Assembly (NCBI RefSeq): GCF_000281045.1
Contig: NW_008246085.1
Coordinates: forward strand, 435,749 to 499,748
DNA length: 64,000 nt
Direction: 5' to 3'
DNA from: Saprolegnia diclina VS20
Lineage: Eukaryota
The position numbers were made by a program, and so were the translations under genes. The first letter of the stretch is position 1. Every line of letters begins with the position of its first letter. This document shows positions 14,903 through 26,108 of this stretch, in pieces. The notes under the pieces were generated by a model. The model ran no database searches. It was not told the DNA's origin and saw nothing but the letters and a program-made list of their open reading frames with translations.

Positions 14903-17900
14903 TCAGTGCATCGCACTCTGCCGACGCGCGACCTTCTTGGGCTTGAGGACTTTGCGCGTGCGCCGGCACTTGCGGAAAGCGACTTGAATCTTAACGCACG
15001 CCTTCTCCATCGCATGCCAGCCGTAGAGGACAAAGAACGTGTCGCCTTCGAGCACCTAGTCGACAATCAGTACATCCCACTGGACGCTAGTCGATATACT
15101 TGGACGTCGGCGCGGGGCGTCGTGAGGACGATCGGGAGCTCCTTCACAGCGGTGCCGGCGTTCATCTCTTGCGACGTCTTGCGGTAGATGCCGAGCACGA
15201 TACCGGGGTACTTGGACGCTGCAAAGAGCCGGAAGATCGAGCCGTACGTCATGCCTTGGTTCTACCCAACGGGATACCATCGCATGGTAGCAAGGACGAC
15301 GAACGTACTTGGTACATCTTGGCCAACGGCACACTCGTCACGATACCCGTGCTCCGCGGCCCGCCAATGAGCTGGCGAATGATGCGGTGGATGTTTTGGC
15401 TATAGTACGACTAGACGACAGATCAGATCAGAGTCGTAGACGTAAATCCAGTACCTGGACGAGGACGGTCTCGCAAAACTGCGGGTGGAGGAGTCGACCC
15501 GACATGAAGAGGGGCATGCGGTAGATCGGCTGCTCCTCGGACGATGCGCCGGCCACTTGGGACGACGTGCTCAGCGCCGTCTGCCAAAAGTCCCAGAAGC
15601 GATCGGGTGTCGCGACCGACGTCGATTCGCGCGCCTTGAAGCCCGAGAGCACAAATTTCTTGTTGAGAAACTTGGAGTTGGACTCGTCCGTGAGCTCCGT
15701 GAGCGTAAACATGCGCGTGAAGTCCATGTTGAGCTCGATCAGCATCGTCGTAAAGATGGCTTCCGCGTCGACCATGCTCGTCTCCATTAGACCCGACACG
15801 CTCTCCTTGGCGCTCTTGGCGAGGACGACGACCGACGCCGCCGACTTGGCGCCTGCGCGCTGCAGCTCCCGGTACACGAGCGGGCTGCCACACACATAGT
15901 ACTAGACACATCATGTCCATGTTGTGCAAATGCCCGATCGAACGTACGACGTCTCGGAATTTGGAGATCGCGGCAGCCCACTCGTCCGAGACGGGCGATG
16001 CGTCGAGGATCGTGATGGGCGGGTGCCGCAGCGAAAACACCCCGCGCAGCGGCGAGATGAACCATTGGAGAGACGCGAGCGACTCTTCGCCGAGGAAGCT
16101 ACGCACATACATCAGACAACTTGTCCTTGCGATCTATTCCTCGCACCTGCAAATCACAATGTGGTTGGGGTCTTGCAGCACCGCGAGCGGCGGCGGTTGC
16201 AGAATGCGCGGTGGGCGGTGCCCGTACATGGACACAATGTCGTCGACGACCAAGTGCCGAAGGCGATGGTCAATGTCCGCCTTTGGCATGCGGACATGGG
16301 TCACAATACGCGAGAGCACCGAGTCCTATCGCACATTCTCCGCTACCACGACACAGAATCGACAAGTCTCGTACGGCGTGGATCGACTCGCCGCTCAAAA
16401 GCACCTACATCGATCATATGAGTGCGCGGGAAAGCGATCTCAACGCACGAACCCGGGGGTTGGCGCCAAGCACCGGCACCGACTTGTTTTTTCCAAACTG
16501 AGCGGGCGACCGGAGACCACGGTACGTTGTGCGCAGCGTGTCTTCCGCGTGGTCGGGCGAGTACGGTGCGTCCGATCTAGACCCATCTAAGGTCATGTGC
16601 CCAATACCACGGAGCTCTACCGGCCGTGCAGGCGTTTGGAGGACATTGGACTCGGGATCTGGTTGGCATCGTCGACAAGAACGTCGCCGAGGTGTTCGGC
16701 CATCGAGATGTGAAACTTGGCGACCATATCGGCGTCTTCAGCAATCACGTAGACACGACTGCCTTCGCGCAGCACCATGGCAAAGCCCGGGTTCAGAACG
16801 AGGCGGACGCCCGAGATGAGCGACTCGTCTTTCGCACTCACGTAGTGCGCGCCATCGATGACCACTTCGACAGCTACGAGCACGACAGCGCCCTATCGCC
16901 CCATGAGTGTACATGGATCTGTCAAGTAGATCGCTCGTACGTTGGAGTCACGGAAGATCTTCTGGGCCGCTTGGACAAAGGTAAGATCGGCGTACTTCTA
17001 CTCGCACCAAAGTTATTCCTTGTGTTTCAGCGGCATCGGTGAGGTACCTTGCTGAGCGAGACGACGTAAAACTCGCGCGACGCACCCTAAACACGTCTTT
17101 AGCACTGGACACGATGCTAGAAACGACTACCTCGTAGTACAGTTGCTCGGTGTAGAGCGTCTCAGCGAGGTCAAAGTCGGACTGCAGCACCGGTCGCGTC
17201 GTCGTTTTGGCCGCGAGCGCGCGCTGGAGCTTGTTGAGGATCGTCTTGGACGTGCGTGGGCGCTTGTCGAGCGTGAGACAGGACCCGAGGTTGGCGATCA
17301 TGGTCGAGAACCCGGGGCACACGCAGCTCTGCGCGAGGACGCCGAGCTTCATCGTGTCTTCGCACACAACATCATCGCGGTCGAGACCGGCAGCCATCAT
17401 GTGCCGGACGTTCTCTGACTTAAGCACCATCGCAAGGCACCGGAAGCGCGACCTAGCGACGCATGCAGACATGTTCATCAACATGCTCGCACCCTGCGTA
17501 TTGCTTGGTCGACAGAATGTGCATGATGTTTTTGGCATCTTCCTTCACCGGGTCTTTGGCCAGCTACGGTCTGCGTCACACAAAACCTAGCAAGAAGAGG
17601 AGACAAGCCCACCTTGTCGGGGAGAAAGAACGCGGCGAGGGCCTCCTTGACCCGCGCCCGGTCCTACGCAGCACAAGGTGTGAATGCGGGCGCACGCACT
17701 ACCCGCTAGACGTACGAGGTCTTCGTTGCGCGACGGGTCCCCGGCCACGTACGTCACGCGCGACGCAAACTTGGGGTCGTTCTCGATCTTTTGGACGAGG
17801 CCCTTGACGTACTTGGAGCTGCTGCGCTCGCCGAGGACGATGGCCTACGCACAGTATGTGTATTGCGACTGGTGCCCGACGGGCGTTGTACGTGCAGATG

Positions 17901-19248
17901 GCGCACAGAGACGCCTTGAAAATGGTCGGGATGGAAGAGCTCACGCAGCATCGCAGCGAGCTACTTGACCGATCGTGCGAGTCTCTTAGCAAGCCATGGT
18001 ACCTGAGGAAACGTCGGGTTGCCCATGATGACAACCGACTGCGTGCGCGGCTTTGGGGCATACGGCGGGTTGCCGATCGACCGGAGCTTGTAGAGGTTCA
18101 CGAGGTGCTCAACTTCCATCGAGAAAAGCACGATGCCGGCGACGATAAAGACGATGACAAGCATGCGGCTCTCGACCGTGTGCGGCGAGTTGTCGCCGTA
18201 CCCGACGGTCGCCAGCGTCTAACGACAGCCTTAGTATCAAGAGAGCAACTTGATGGTGTACGTACAACGACGGTATAGTAGATAGCAAACATGATCGACC
18301 ACGTCTCGGACGAGCAGTCGTCGGATATTTGATTGCTGATGGTACCTAATGCAACGTTCCCGTGAGCTGCTAGAGAATGGTGGGTCTACCGTTCGAGCAT
18401 GCGTAGAGGTGCGCAAAGCCATTTTCGAGGAAGACGCCGATTTCGCCCGTCGTCTCGAAGAAGAAGACGACGGAGGACGCAAACGTGAGGAGGAGGAAGC
18501 ACTTGATGCCTTGGCGCAGCATCATGAGCCCTTTCTCCGACTTGTCAAAGTGGCGCTCCATCTCCATGTAGCTCCGCAAAATGAAGAGCGACCGCGTGAC
18601 CGAGAGGTCGAGCCACGTCCGCGTCGGCTTGCCGGCAATGTTGATGTTGGGCGCAAAGCCCACGCAGCAGTAGGACGCGAGGCCGAGGAGGTCGAGGATC
18701 GTGTAAAACTCAAACATGTACCCGAGCTTGCGCTTCGCGGCGAAAAAGCGCACGATCGTGTCGAGGAACGTGATGAGGTAGAGGAATAGACCAACGTAGT
18801 AGTAGCCCGTCTCGACCGTGTACGACTGGCAGCGCACGACCATGACGAGGTAGATGCCAACGGAAGCGACGAGCTGGATCGGCCGGCTCTACAGGGCAGG
18901 TTAGACGCAGTGTCATGGCAAGTGGCGTACGATGAGCACAGCGATTTGCGACTTGCGCGCCCACTGCCGCAGCGCGAGCGAGAAGCCGATCTCGTCGTTC
19001 TGGAGGCGGAGGTTCTGGCGGCGCGACGCAATCATCCAGAGCACCGAGAAGAGCGCGGCCGAGCCCCAGACGATCGCGAACGCGAGCAGCTGCTGCGCCA
19101 CGAAGTCGCGGCTGTGCACGCACGGGACGTCGCCGGCGGCCACGGCCGTGATCGCGTCAAAGGTCGCGCTCTGGTCCAGCGTCTGCGCGCTCGAGAGGTT
19201 CTTGCTATTGTCCACGTACTGCGGCGCGACGCAGATGTACCTGCCCAT
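14903..19248 (-). CDS. Slo/BK-like potassium channel alpha subunit (S0-S6 + RCK domains), many exons
   Basis: Pore TLATVGYGDNSP, TM helices, RCK motifs (VVCEDTMKLGVLAQSCVCPGFSTMIANL; TELTDESNSKFL; PLFMSG). Last exon ends ...RQSAMH-TGA. Confidence 0.88.
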
Positions 19249-20199
19249 CCTGCGAGTCGACTAGTAGTGTACTACACTCGTCAAATGACCGAAACCAGCG
19301 ACTAATGCCGATTTTAGCCAATCAGAGCGCGCGCTGCTGGCTAGTCTATACAAGGCCAGGCGCTTCCTGCTCTTGCGAGCCGACCTACACTGAGCGGGAG
19401 CGTGCTGCAAACACCAAGCGAATTGCGCTCAAGACAGCACCAGACAGCACGCAAGGTCCTTGTGCGCTGCAACGGAATTGCTCTGCAGACGGTGCATGCG
19501 ATGGGGTGATGGGTGGCCGCAAGTTGAAGCTGACGAAGAAAAAGAAGGCGGCCGACATCATATTCGTTGAGCCAAGTCGGTCATGGTTCAGGACTAGTCA
19601 GTCAATGCCACAGGTCCTTGCAGTCGTACAGTACATGCAGCAGTGCGGTATTGGACGTTGCTGCCACTCCTACTAACAACGAGGTTGGCGGTCAAGCTCG
19701 GAGAGGGAGACTGGTTGTGTGGTCTTGACTGATATGGGACACCGGATTTCGAGTCGGCAGCGACAGAGGTTAAAATGGACGTGAATGGCAGTAGAGGCCT
19801 CCTCATACAGTGGTTGAGCACTGGATATTCAAATCTACACAGCTCTCCAACCACTAGGTCCAGCGAGACAATAGTAGCCATCAGAAAGATAGTCCACCAA
19901 CCGAGAAACCGTTCGGATCGGACTCTACACGAGCTGACGGGTACGGTCGCAAAGCATACTCTAGCGCCCACAAGTTCTCCGGTCGTGTCTACATGTAGAT
20001 GGCGGCTCCAGATTAAGCGGCGATGGCGGTGAGCGGTCTTGTCGTGCTCTCGCCGCTTGCGACCTGCACCCGCGCGGCAGCAGAATATCCGGTAGCTTAT
20101 GCCACGTATCTCGAGGCCTTGGTGTACAAATTCCCGCCGTTCGAGTCAGTACCATCGATGGAAGCGGCACACGCCAAGCTGCACTGCGGCACCTACATG

Positions 20200-20635
20200 T
20201 ATCCGGACATAATTATCCGGACGACAAGCACAGCAAGCTGACTGCCGAGCGATCTGGATCGACTTTTGGAGTTTGAAATGAAGTCTCGTGTTTTGAGCTT
20301 AAGGTATAGAACACGACGCAGGGAATCCAAAAACGAAAGAATGGTGCTCGTAGCGCTCCTAGAACCTGCGTTAGTTGCAACTGTAATGTGGTGGTCGGCT
20401 GATACACCGATACATTGATACTAGCAATTTAGTATCAGTTTTCACCAACTTGAACGACGTATAGTGCAGGTTCTAGGCACGCTACGAGCACCATTCTTTC
20501 GTTTTTGGACTCCCTGCATCATGTTCTATACCTTTAGCACAAAACATGAGACTTCATTTCAAACTCGAAAATCCATGCACCTTGCCCGCTCCGACGCCAC
20601 AATGGGCTCTTTGTCCGGATAAAAATTTCCGGATA
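20200..20635. mobile_element. Foldback / MITE-like symmetric inverted-repeat element
   Basis: Ungapped 106-bp inverted arms at 20264-20369 and 20466-20571 (9 mismatches by hand count). Mirrored 24-bp termini at 20200-20223 and 20612-20635 (20/24) share the same centre of symmetry. Element begins and ends with TA. The repeat is certain; mobility is inferred. Confidence 0.65.
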
Positions 20636-20845
20636 AAATCCATCCTGCGGACTAGCAAGGAGCCATCCCACGGGTGCTGCAATGACTCTAGAGCTCATGT
20701 CTAGAGCTGGATGTTGGCATTGTGCGGTGGCTTAGGGCGAATGCAAGGAAGGCACACGCCGTTCTAAAAAGCTATGGTTTCTGCATCACAGACTGTCGCC
20801 ATCTCGTCACTTCGATGCAATCCCGCACAGAGTTTCGTTATGGCA

Positions 20846-21902
20846 CTACATAGTCATGTGGGTTGGCGGCTGGGCCAAGCTGAAGAGACCAAGCTCGAAC
20901 GGGGTGAGCCCTCGGGCGTTGCGCACACAAGGGTCTGCACCCTACGCATCACACATAGCACTCGAGCTGACCTGGACGGACGTACAAAGCCGAGAAGTAG
21001 CTGCGCCGTGTGCACGTGCTGCCCGAGCGCCGCGTTGTGTAATGGCGTGTTCTATCAGTGGATCGTTGTGGCTAAAGTCGCGATCAACGAATCTGGCGTA
21101 CGCCGTCAGGTAAGGACCGCGCGTTGGGGTCGGCGCCGCTGGCCAAGAGCAGTGCCGCGCCGTGGTGCCGGCCAAATGTGGCATAGTGGTGCAGCGGCGT
21201 CGCACCCGAGGCGTTGACGAGCCGCCAGTCGGCGTTGTTGGCGATGAGAAACGACACGATCTCTTCGCCGTCCGTACTGAGCGCGGCCACGTGAAGCAGC
21301 GCGCGACCGTCCGGCAGCTGTCTATTGACGTCGGTGCCTTCCTCTAATAGCAGCTCGAGTGACTCCTACGCTTGCCGTTACCGACACGGCTGCAGTAGAG
21401 GATCGACACACCGTTCGGCCTTCGAGCGCAGCAATGTGCGCTGGCGATGTCGAGTCATACACGCTCGCATACAAGCGCTGGCGCGTACGCTCTTGGCATG
21501 CGCCCCAGGGCGTATCGGTACTTGAGGCGGCATCGAACACATTACAAAGCGGCTGGTCACGATAGCTCCAGCAGGCCTGTGCACCGCGGTAGCACTGGCC
21601 GGCAATACACGCCACAACATCTGCCAGGCACGCTAGAAGCAAGCGGTGATGCGCAAGGTTATGACGTACCGAGGCCATGCGAGGCAGAACCGCAGCAAAT
21701 AACGCCCGCAGTCTCTACGACGCATGAGACTCGTACCGCAAGCGGTGCGTACCAGCGAGCGGACTGCAGCACTCGTCGTCACTATGGCCTATGCTGCGTT
21801 AGCCGCTGCATGAGACGACGCAGGCGTACACTGGGAGTGAGCGTCGGTGCATCGCGCCCAAGCGGTCAGCAGCCATAGCAGGACCACCACGAGGACAGCC
21901 AT
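20846..21902 (-). CDS. Signal peptide + Cys-rich domain + ankyrin-repeat protein, multi-exon
   Basis: Spliced reading MAVLVVVLLWLLTAWARC...CHSDDECCSP..VICCGS..., then ankyrin repeats (SPAHIAALEG, LLHVAA, GATPLHH..GADPN, GADPCVRNARGLTP). Stop TAG at 20846-20848. Confidence 0.72.
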
Positions 21903-22179
21903 CGTCGTCGGGTTGCTCTGCGGTCGATTATCCGGCACGGCAATCTTGCCGGATATCGAGGTACACGGCCAGGTTGCCGAAGCTGCCACGTCAGGAATAC
22001 CAGCTTTGCGTTCGAGAAACATCGAGTGCGAGCGCGGACTAGAACGCACCCGTGGGCGCAGCCACACGACGTCTGCGACGAGCCCAAGGAAGGCCCAACG
22101 GCATCGAACAACGCGACGAAACCCTCGTCGGTCAACGGCAGGAATTACGGTCGTTCTCACTTGTCAATTGCCATAGCCG

Positions 22180-23706
22180 ATGCACAGCGAGTCGACACCA
22201 CTGCTACCGCCAAGACCTCGCCGCGTGCAACAGCGGTACACCAAGGGTCTCGTGCTCCTCGCTTGCTTTTGCGTGGCGTCATTCGTGCGGTACCGATCGA
22301 CGTTGTCGACGCTTGTTGCGTCACCCGGCTTTGACGGCGATCTCCGCACCCGCTGCAGCGTCCATACCCTCACGCAGCGTCTGGACCACTTCCAGTCGAC
22401 CAACGGCACGTTCGCGCAGCGCTACTTTGTGTGCAGTGAGTTCTGGGACCAAGACGCCGGGCCCATCTTCTTTTACGCTGGCAACGAAGCCGACGTCGAG
22501 TTGTACTTGAACTACACGGGGTTAATGTGGGAGTCGGCGCCGTCGTTTCGCGCGCTCCTTGTCTTTGCAGAGCACCGGTACTTTGGCCAATCGATGCCCG
22601 TCCGGCGGGCCAACAGTTCCAACGGCCAGTACGCCGTGCACCTCTCGTCGCAGCAGGCGCTCGCCGACTTTGCCGTTTTGATTGCGCACCTCCGAGAGAC
22701 GCTACCGGCGCCGCGGTCACCCTTTGTGGCCTTTGGCGGGTCGTACGGCGGTATGCTTGCGGCGTGGCTGCGGCTCAAGTACCCACACTTGGTCGCGGGC
22801 GCGATTGCTGCATCGGCACCGATGCGGTCGTTCCTGGGCATGGACCCGCCCATGGACTTGGCGTCCTTTGCGCGCGTCGTGACGCACGATGCTAGTGAGG
22901 CCGCGGGCGCACCGCCGCAATGCGCCGCCAACATTCGTGCGTCCTGGGACCACCTCTTTGCGCTCGGTGGCACCGTCGACGGCCGTGCAAAGCTCGCAAA
23001 AGTCTTCCGCCTCTGCCCCGGACGGGACCTCGATGCCCCGGGGCGCGTCAACGACCTCGCCACTTGGGCCAAAGAAGCGTACGAGAACATGGCCATGGGC
23101 AACTACCCGTATCCGACGTCGTACATCACGGGTGGCGATCGCACACTTCCGGCCTTTCCTATGCGCGCCGCGTGCGTCGCCTTTAGCGGTCTCTTGGAGT
23201 CGGCAGACGATTTTCTTCATGCGTTGAAGCAGAGCATCGACGTGTACTACAACACGACGGGCGCGACTTCGTGCTACGCGTTTGATGACGACGAGAGTCT
23301 CGATTACTGGGACTACCTCAACTGCGCCGACATGTACACGCCGCTCGACCAGAACGGCGTCACCGATATGTTTTGGCCCGAGCTGCACAACGCGTCGACC
23401 GATGACGCGGCGTGCGTCGCCAATTGGGGCGTGCACGTGCGACCGTTCTGGCCGTCGATCGTGTTTGGCGGCACTGATGCGTTCCGGCAGTCGAGCAATA
23501 TTGTCTTCAGCAACGGCGACTTGGACCCGTGGTACCCCACCGGTTTCACAAAGTCCTTGAGCGACTCGGTCGTGGCGCTTCTCATCCACAACGGCGCGCA
23601 CCACCTCGACCTCATGTTTAGTCATCCGCTCGACTCGCACGCGCTTCGACGCGCCCGGGACACGGAGCGCGAGCACATCCGCCGGTGGGTGACCAAGTCT
23701 CCGTGA
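22180..23706 (+). CDS. PRCP: Lysosomal Pro-X carboxypeptidase (peptidase S28), intronless
   Basis: QRLDHF, PIFFYAGNE, EHRYFGQS, nucleophile GGSYGGMLAAW, NGDLDPW, GAHHLDL. N-terminal signal anchor present. Confidence 0.95.
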   Translation: MHSESTPLLPPRPRRVQQRYTKGLVLLACFCVASFVRYRSTLSTLVASPGFDGDLRTRCSVHTLTQRLDHFQSTNGTFAQRYFVCSEFWDQDAGPIFFYAGNEADVELYLNYTGLMWESAPSFRALLVFAEHRYFGQSMPVRRANSSNGQYAVHLSSQQALADFAVLIAHLRETLPAPRSPFVAFGGSYGGMLAAWLRLKYPHLVAGAIAASAPMRSFLGMDPPMDLASFARVVTHDASEAAGAPPQCAANIRASWDHLFALGGTVDGRAKLAKVFRLCPGRDLDAPGRVNDLATWAKEAYENMAMGNYPYPTSYITGGDRTLPAFPMRAACVAFSGLLESADDFLHALKQSIDVYYNTTGATSCYAFDDDESLDYWDYLNCADMYTPLDQNGVTDMFWPELHNASTDDAACVANWGVHVRPFWPSIVFGGTDAFRQSSNIVFSNGDLDPWYPTGFTKSLSDSVVALLIHNGAHHLDLMFSHPLDSHALRRARDTEREHIRRWVTKSP

Positions 23707-23859
23707 GAAGATCGCGGGTAGGTTATAGTCGATGCATCCATTGGCTAATAAAAACATGATACGTCCATTTTATTGGTCATATGGCATTTGTTTTGGCCAA
23801 TGTGTGTCAACAATCGCCCCTCAAAAGATTGCCGCTGGGTTGCGTTCCAGTCAGCGAAA

Positions 23860-24675
23860 ATGACACATGCCACCAGCACCGAGATCTCGCCGAGCGGCGT
23901 CCATGTGAAGCTCTCGCCCGCGTGGAGCGCGGAGCTCAGCACCTTGCTCCCCCTCATTTTGACGTACGCTGGGTCCGCTACTGACGTCTACCGCAGCCCA
24001 GTCTATGTGTGCAAGGAGTGGCTCGCAGCCGCAGACTCGAGCGAGTACTGGCTAGGCGTCGCCGCGTCGCTTCTGAATGGCAACGACACGTCACGTCTGG
24101 TCGCAACAGCTACGTCGCCCAAGCGCTTCGTCATCGACTATCTTTCAGAGCAGCTCAAGTCGACGGAATGGGACGTCGACCGCAATTTGGTGGTTGAGTA
24201 CCGCGACAACACCAGCGACGACATGACGAGCCCCGAGGGTCCACACTGCCACAACCTCGTTGGCTCGCGCGCGCCTCCTTGCATTCAGCGCTGCTATGCG
24301 TCGTCGCACTTTTGGTGCCGCCTCGCACAGACCTTTCCGAAACCTCCGTCGTCGCTGCCATTTCTGCAGATCCAGCTCTGCACTGCTCCGCGCTTCGACC
24401 AAAACGTACGCTGGCAGCTAATTCTACGCAGCCATCCATCCACCACCGTCCTCTTTGTCGAGGATTTTTATCACGCGGCGGGGATCCTGTGGAGTCACAC
24501 CACGCGCTGCGTGAGCCTCGAGGACGTCGAAGCCATGGACACCCACCTCGTTCTTGAGTGGCTCGGACGCGACACGTCGTCGTGGGCAGGACACTACGGC
24601 GCAAAGGTCGCAAACATATCGGCCAAGTACCTTGTGCATCCCGTGCCCGATGCCACCGTCGTTCTCAACTACTAA
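23860..24675 (+). CDS. F-box protein with FBA (Fbs/FBXO2-6-like) domain, copy 1
   Basis: F-box-like LLPLILTY...VYVCKEW...EYW, CYASSHFWC, C-terminal GRDTSSWAGHYGAKV matching the FBA signature. Intronless. Confidence 0.75.
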   Translation: MTHATSTEISPSGVHVKLSPAWSAELSTLLPLILTYAGSATDVYRSPVYVCKEWLAAADSSEYWLGVAASLLNGNDTSRLVATATSPKRFVIDYLSEQLKSTEWDVDRNLVVEYRDNTSDDMTSPEGPHCHNLVGSRAPPCIQRCYASSHFWCRLAQTFPKPPSSLPFLQIQLCTAPRFDQNVRWQLILRSHPSTTVLFVEDFYHAAGILWSHTTRCVSLEDVEAMDTHLVLEWLGRDTSSWAGHYGAKVANISAKYLVHPVPDATVVLNY

Positions 24676-24956
24676 GCCTCTAAGCTTCGCTGTCCAAGCC
24701 CCAAGAGGGTGAAGATGCTCGAATTAGCTATCTACTAGAGTACTCGTACCGCCCTACTAGTATGCATCAAAATGTGCTTGTACCTCTTGGCTACGTCACG
24801 ATTCGAGCGTCCGCAAAGCGTTGGAACTCAAGTTGGTCGAATGGCTTCATCGTCGCCAACCGGGTCGCTGTTTCATTGGTCCACGGGCCGTACTGCGTTT
24901 TGATTGATCGGTTTTAGCCAATGGGACGGCAGTAATCGATTGCACCAGATCGAGCA

Positions 24957-25757
24957 ATGCAAACAGCCTCGTCAAACCATGCTGCGCGCGTAGCGCTGCC
25001 ACACGCTTGGAGCGCAGCGTTGAGCAGCTTGCTTCCAATCATCTTGACATACGTTGGATCGGCTGCCGACGTCTATCGCGTGTCCGTGTACGTCTGCAAG
25101 GACTGGCACGCAGCCGCCGAGTCGAGTGCCTTTTGGACCAACATCGCTGTGTCGCTTGCGATGTGCCATGAGGTCGTGCCCATCGTCGCGGTGGCGGCGC
25201 CGCCCAAGTGCTTTGTCATCGACCACCTCTTTGAGCTCCTCAAGACGACGCAGTGGGACGTCGACCCGAATTTACTCGAAGAGCATCGTGTCGACGACCA
25301 CGACGAGTGGGCCGATGGTCTTGGACGCGCGCACAACCTCGGTGGCACATGCGCACCGCCTTCGATTCAGCGCTGCTACACGTCAACACATTATTGGTGT
25401 AGCCTTGCACAGACGTTTGCTCGGCCACCGCCGTCGCTCCCATATCTGCAGGTCCAGCTCAGCACCGCCGCGCGCTTTGACCAGGCTGTGCGCTGGACGC
25501 TCGTGCTACGAAGCCTTCCTTCCGAAGAGGTTCTCTTCGAAGAGCTGTTTTGCCAGGCAGCAGGAACTCACTGGCGCCAGACCATACGCTGCGTGAGCCT
25601 CGCAGCCATGCCCACTGACGACACCCACCTCCAGCTCGAATGGCGAGGACGCGACACGAGGTACTGGCGAGGATACTACGGGGCAAAGGTTGCCAACGTC
25701 TCGGCCAAAAGTCTCGTACGTCCACTGGCCAATGCATCTTGTACTCTCGAATCTTAA
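24957..25757 (+). CDS. F-box protein with FBA domain, copy 2 (tandem paralogue)
   Basis: Colinear with copy 1 over its full length (AWSAALSSLLPIILTY..VCKDW; QWDVDPNL; GRDTRYWRGYYGAKVANVS). Confidence 0.78.
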   Translation: MQTASSNHAARVALPHAWSAALSSLLPIILTYVGSAADVYRVSVYVCKDWHAAAESSAFWTNIAVSLAMCHEVVPIVAVAAPPKCFVIDHLFELLKTTQWDVDPNLLEEHRVDDHDEWADGLGRAHNLGGTCAPPSIQRCYTSTHYWCSLAQTFARPPPSLPYLQVQLSTAARFDQAVRWTLVLRSLPSEEVLFEELFCQAAGTHWRQTIRCVSLAAMPTDDTHLQLEWRGRDTRYWRGYYGAKVANVSAKSLVRPLANASCTLES

Positions 25758-26108
25758 GCAACCAATGACATGTACACTTGCGGTCGCGTCATCTCGTGTA
25801 TACCGCCGGCAGCGCAGTGTATGTGCGTAGAAGAAAAATCTCGGCCTCTCGCGTCATAATGTCCCAACGTGATTTCACTTGTTACATATCGTCCGCGCTC
25901 GATCGACACCTCTTGTCGGCTCTACATGAAGAGTGGCGTGCGATGCGTGGCCGCGATACTTTGATACTAGTCTTGCCCACACTCGACCTCGCAGCGTGTA
26001 GAGCGCAGCAGATCGTCTTTACAAGATAAACAAATGCGCCAAGTCGCGCCTCACCTACTGCACTGCGGCCAGAGTACTAGAAACACAACACCGAACACGC
26101 TGTACTGC

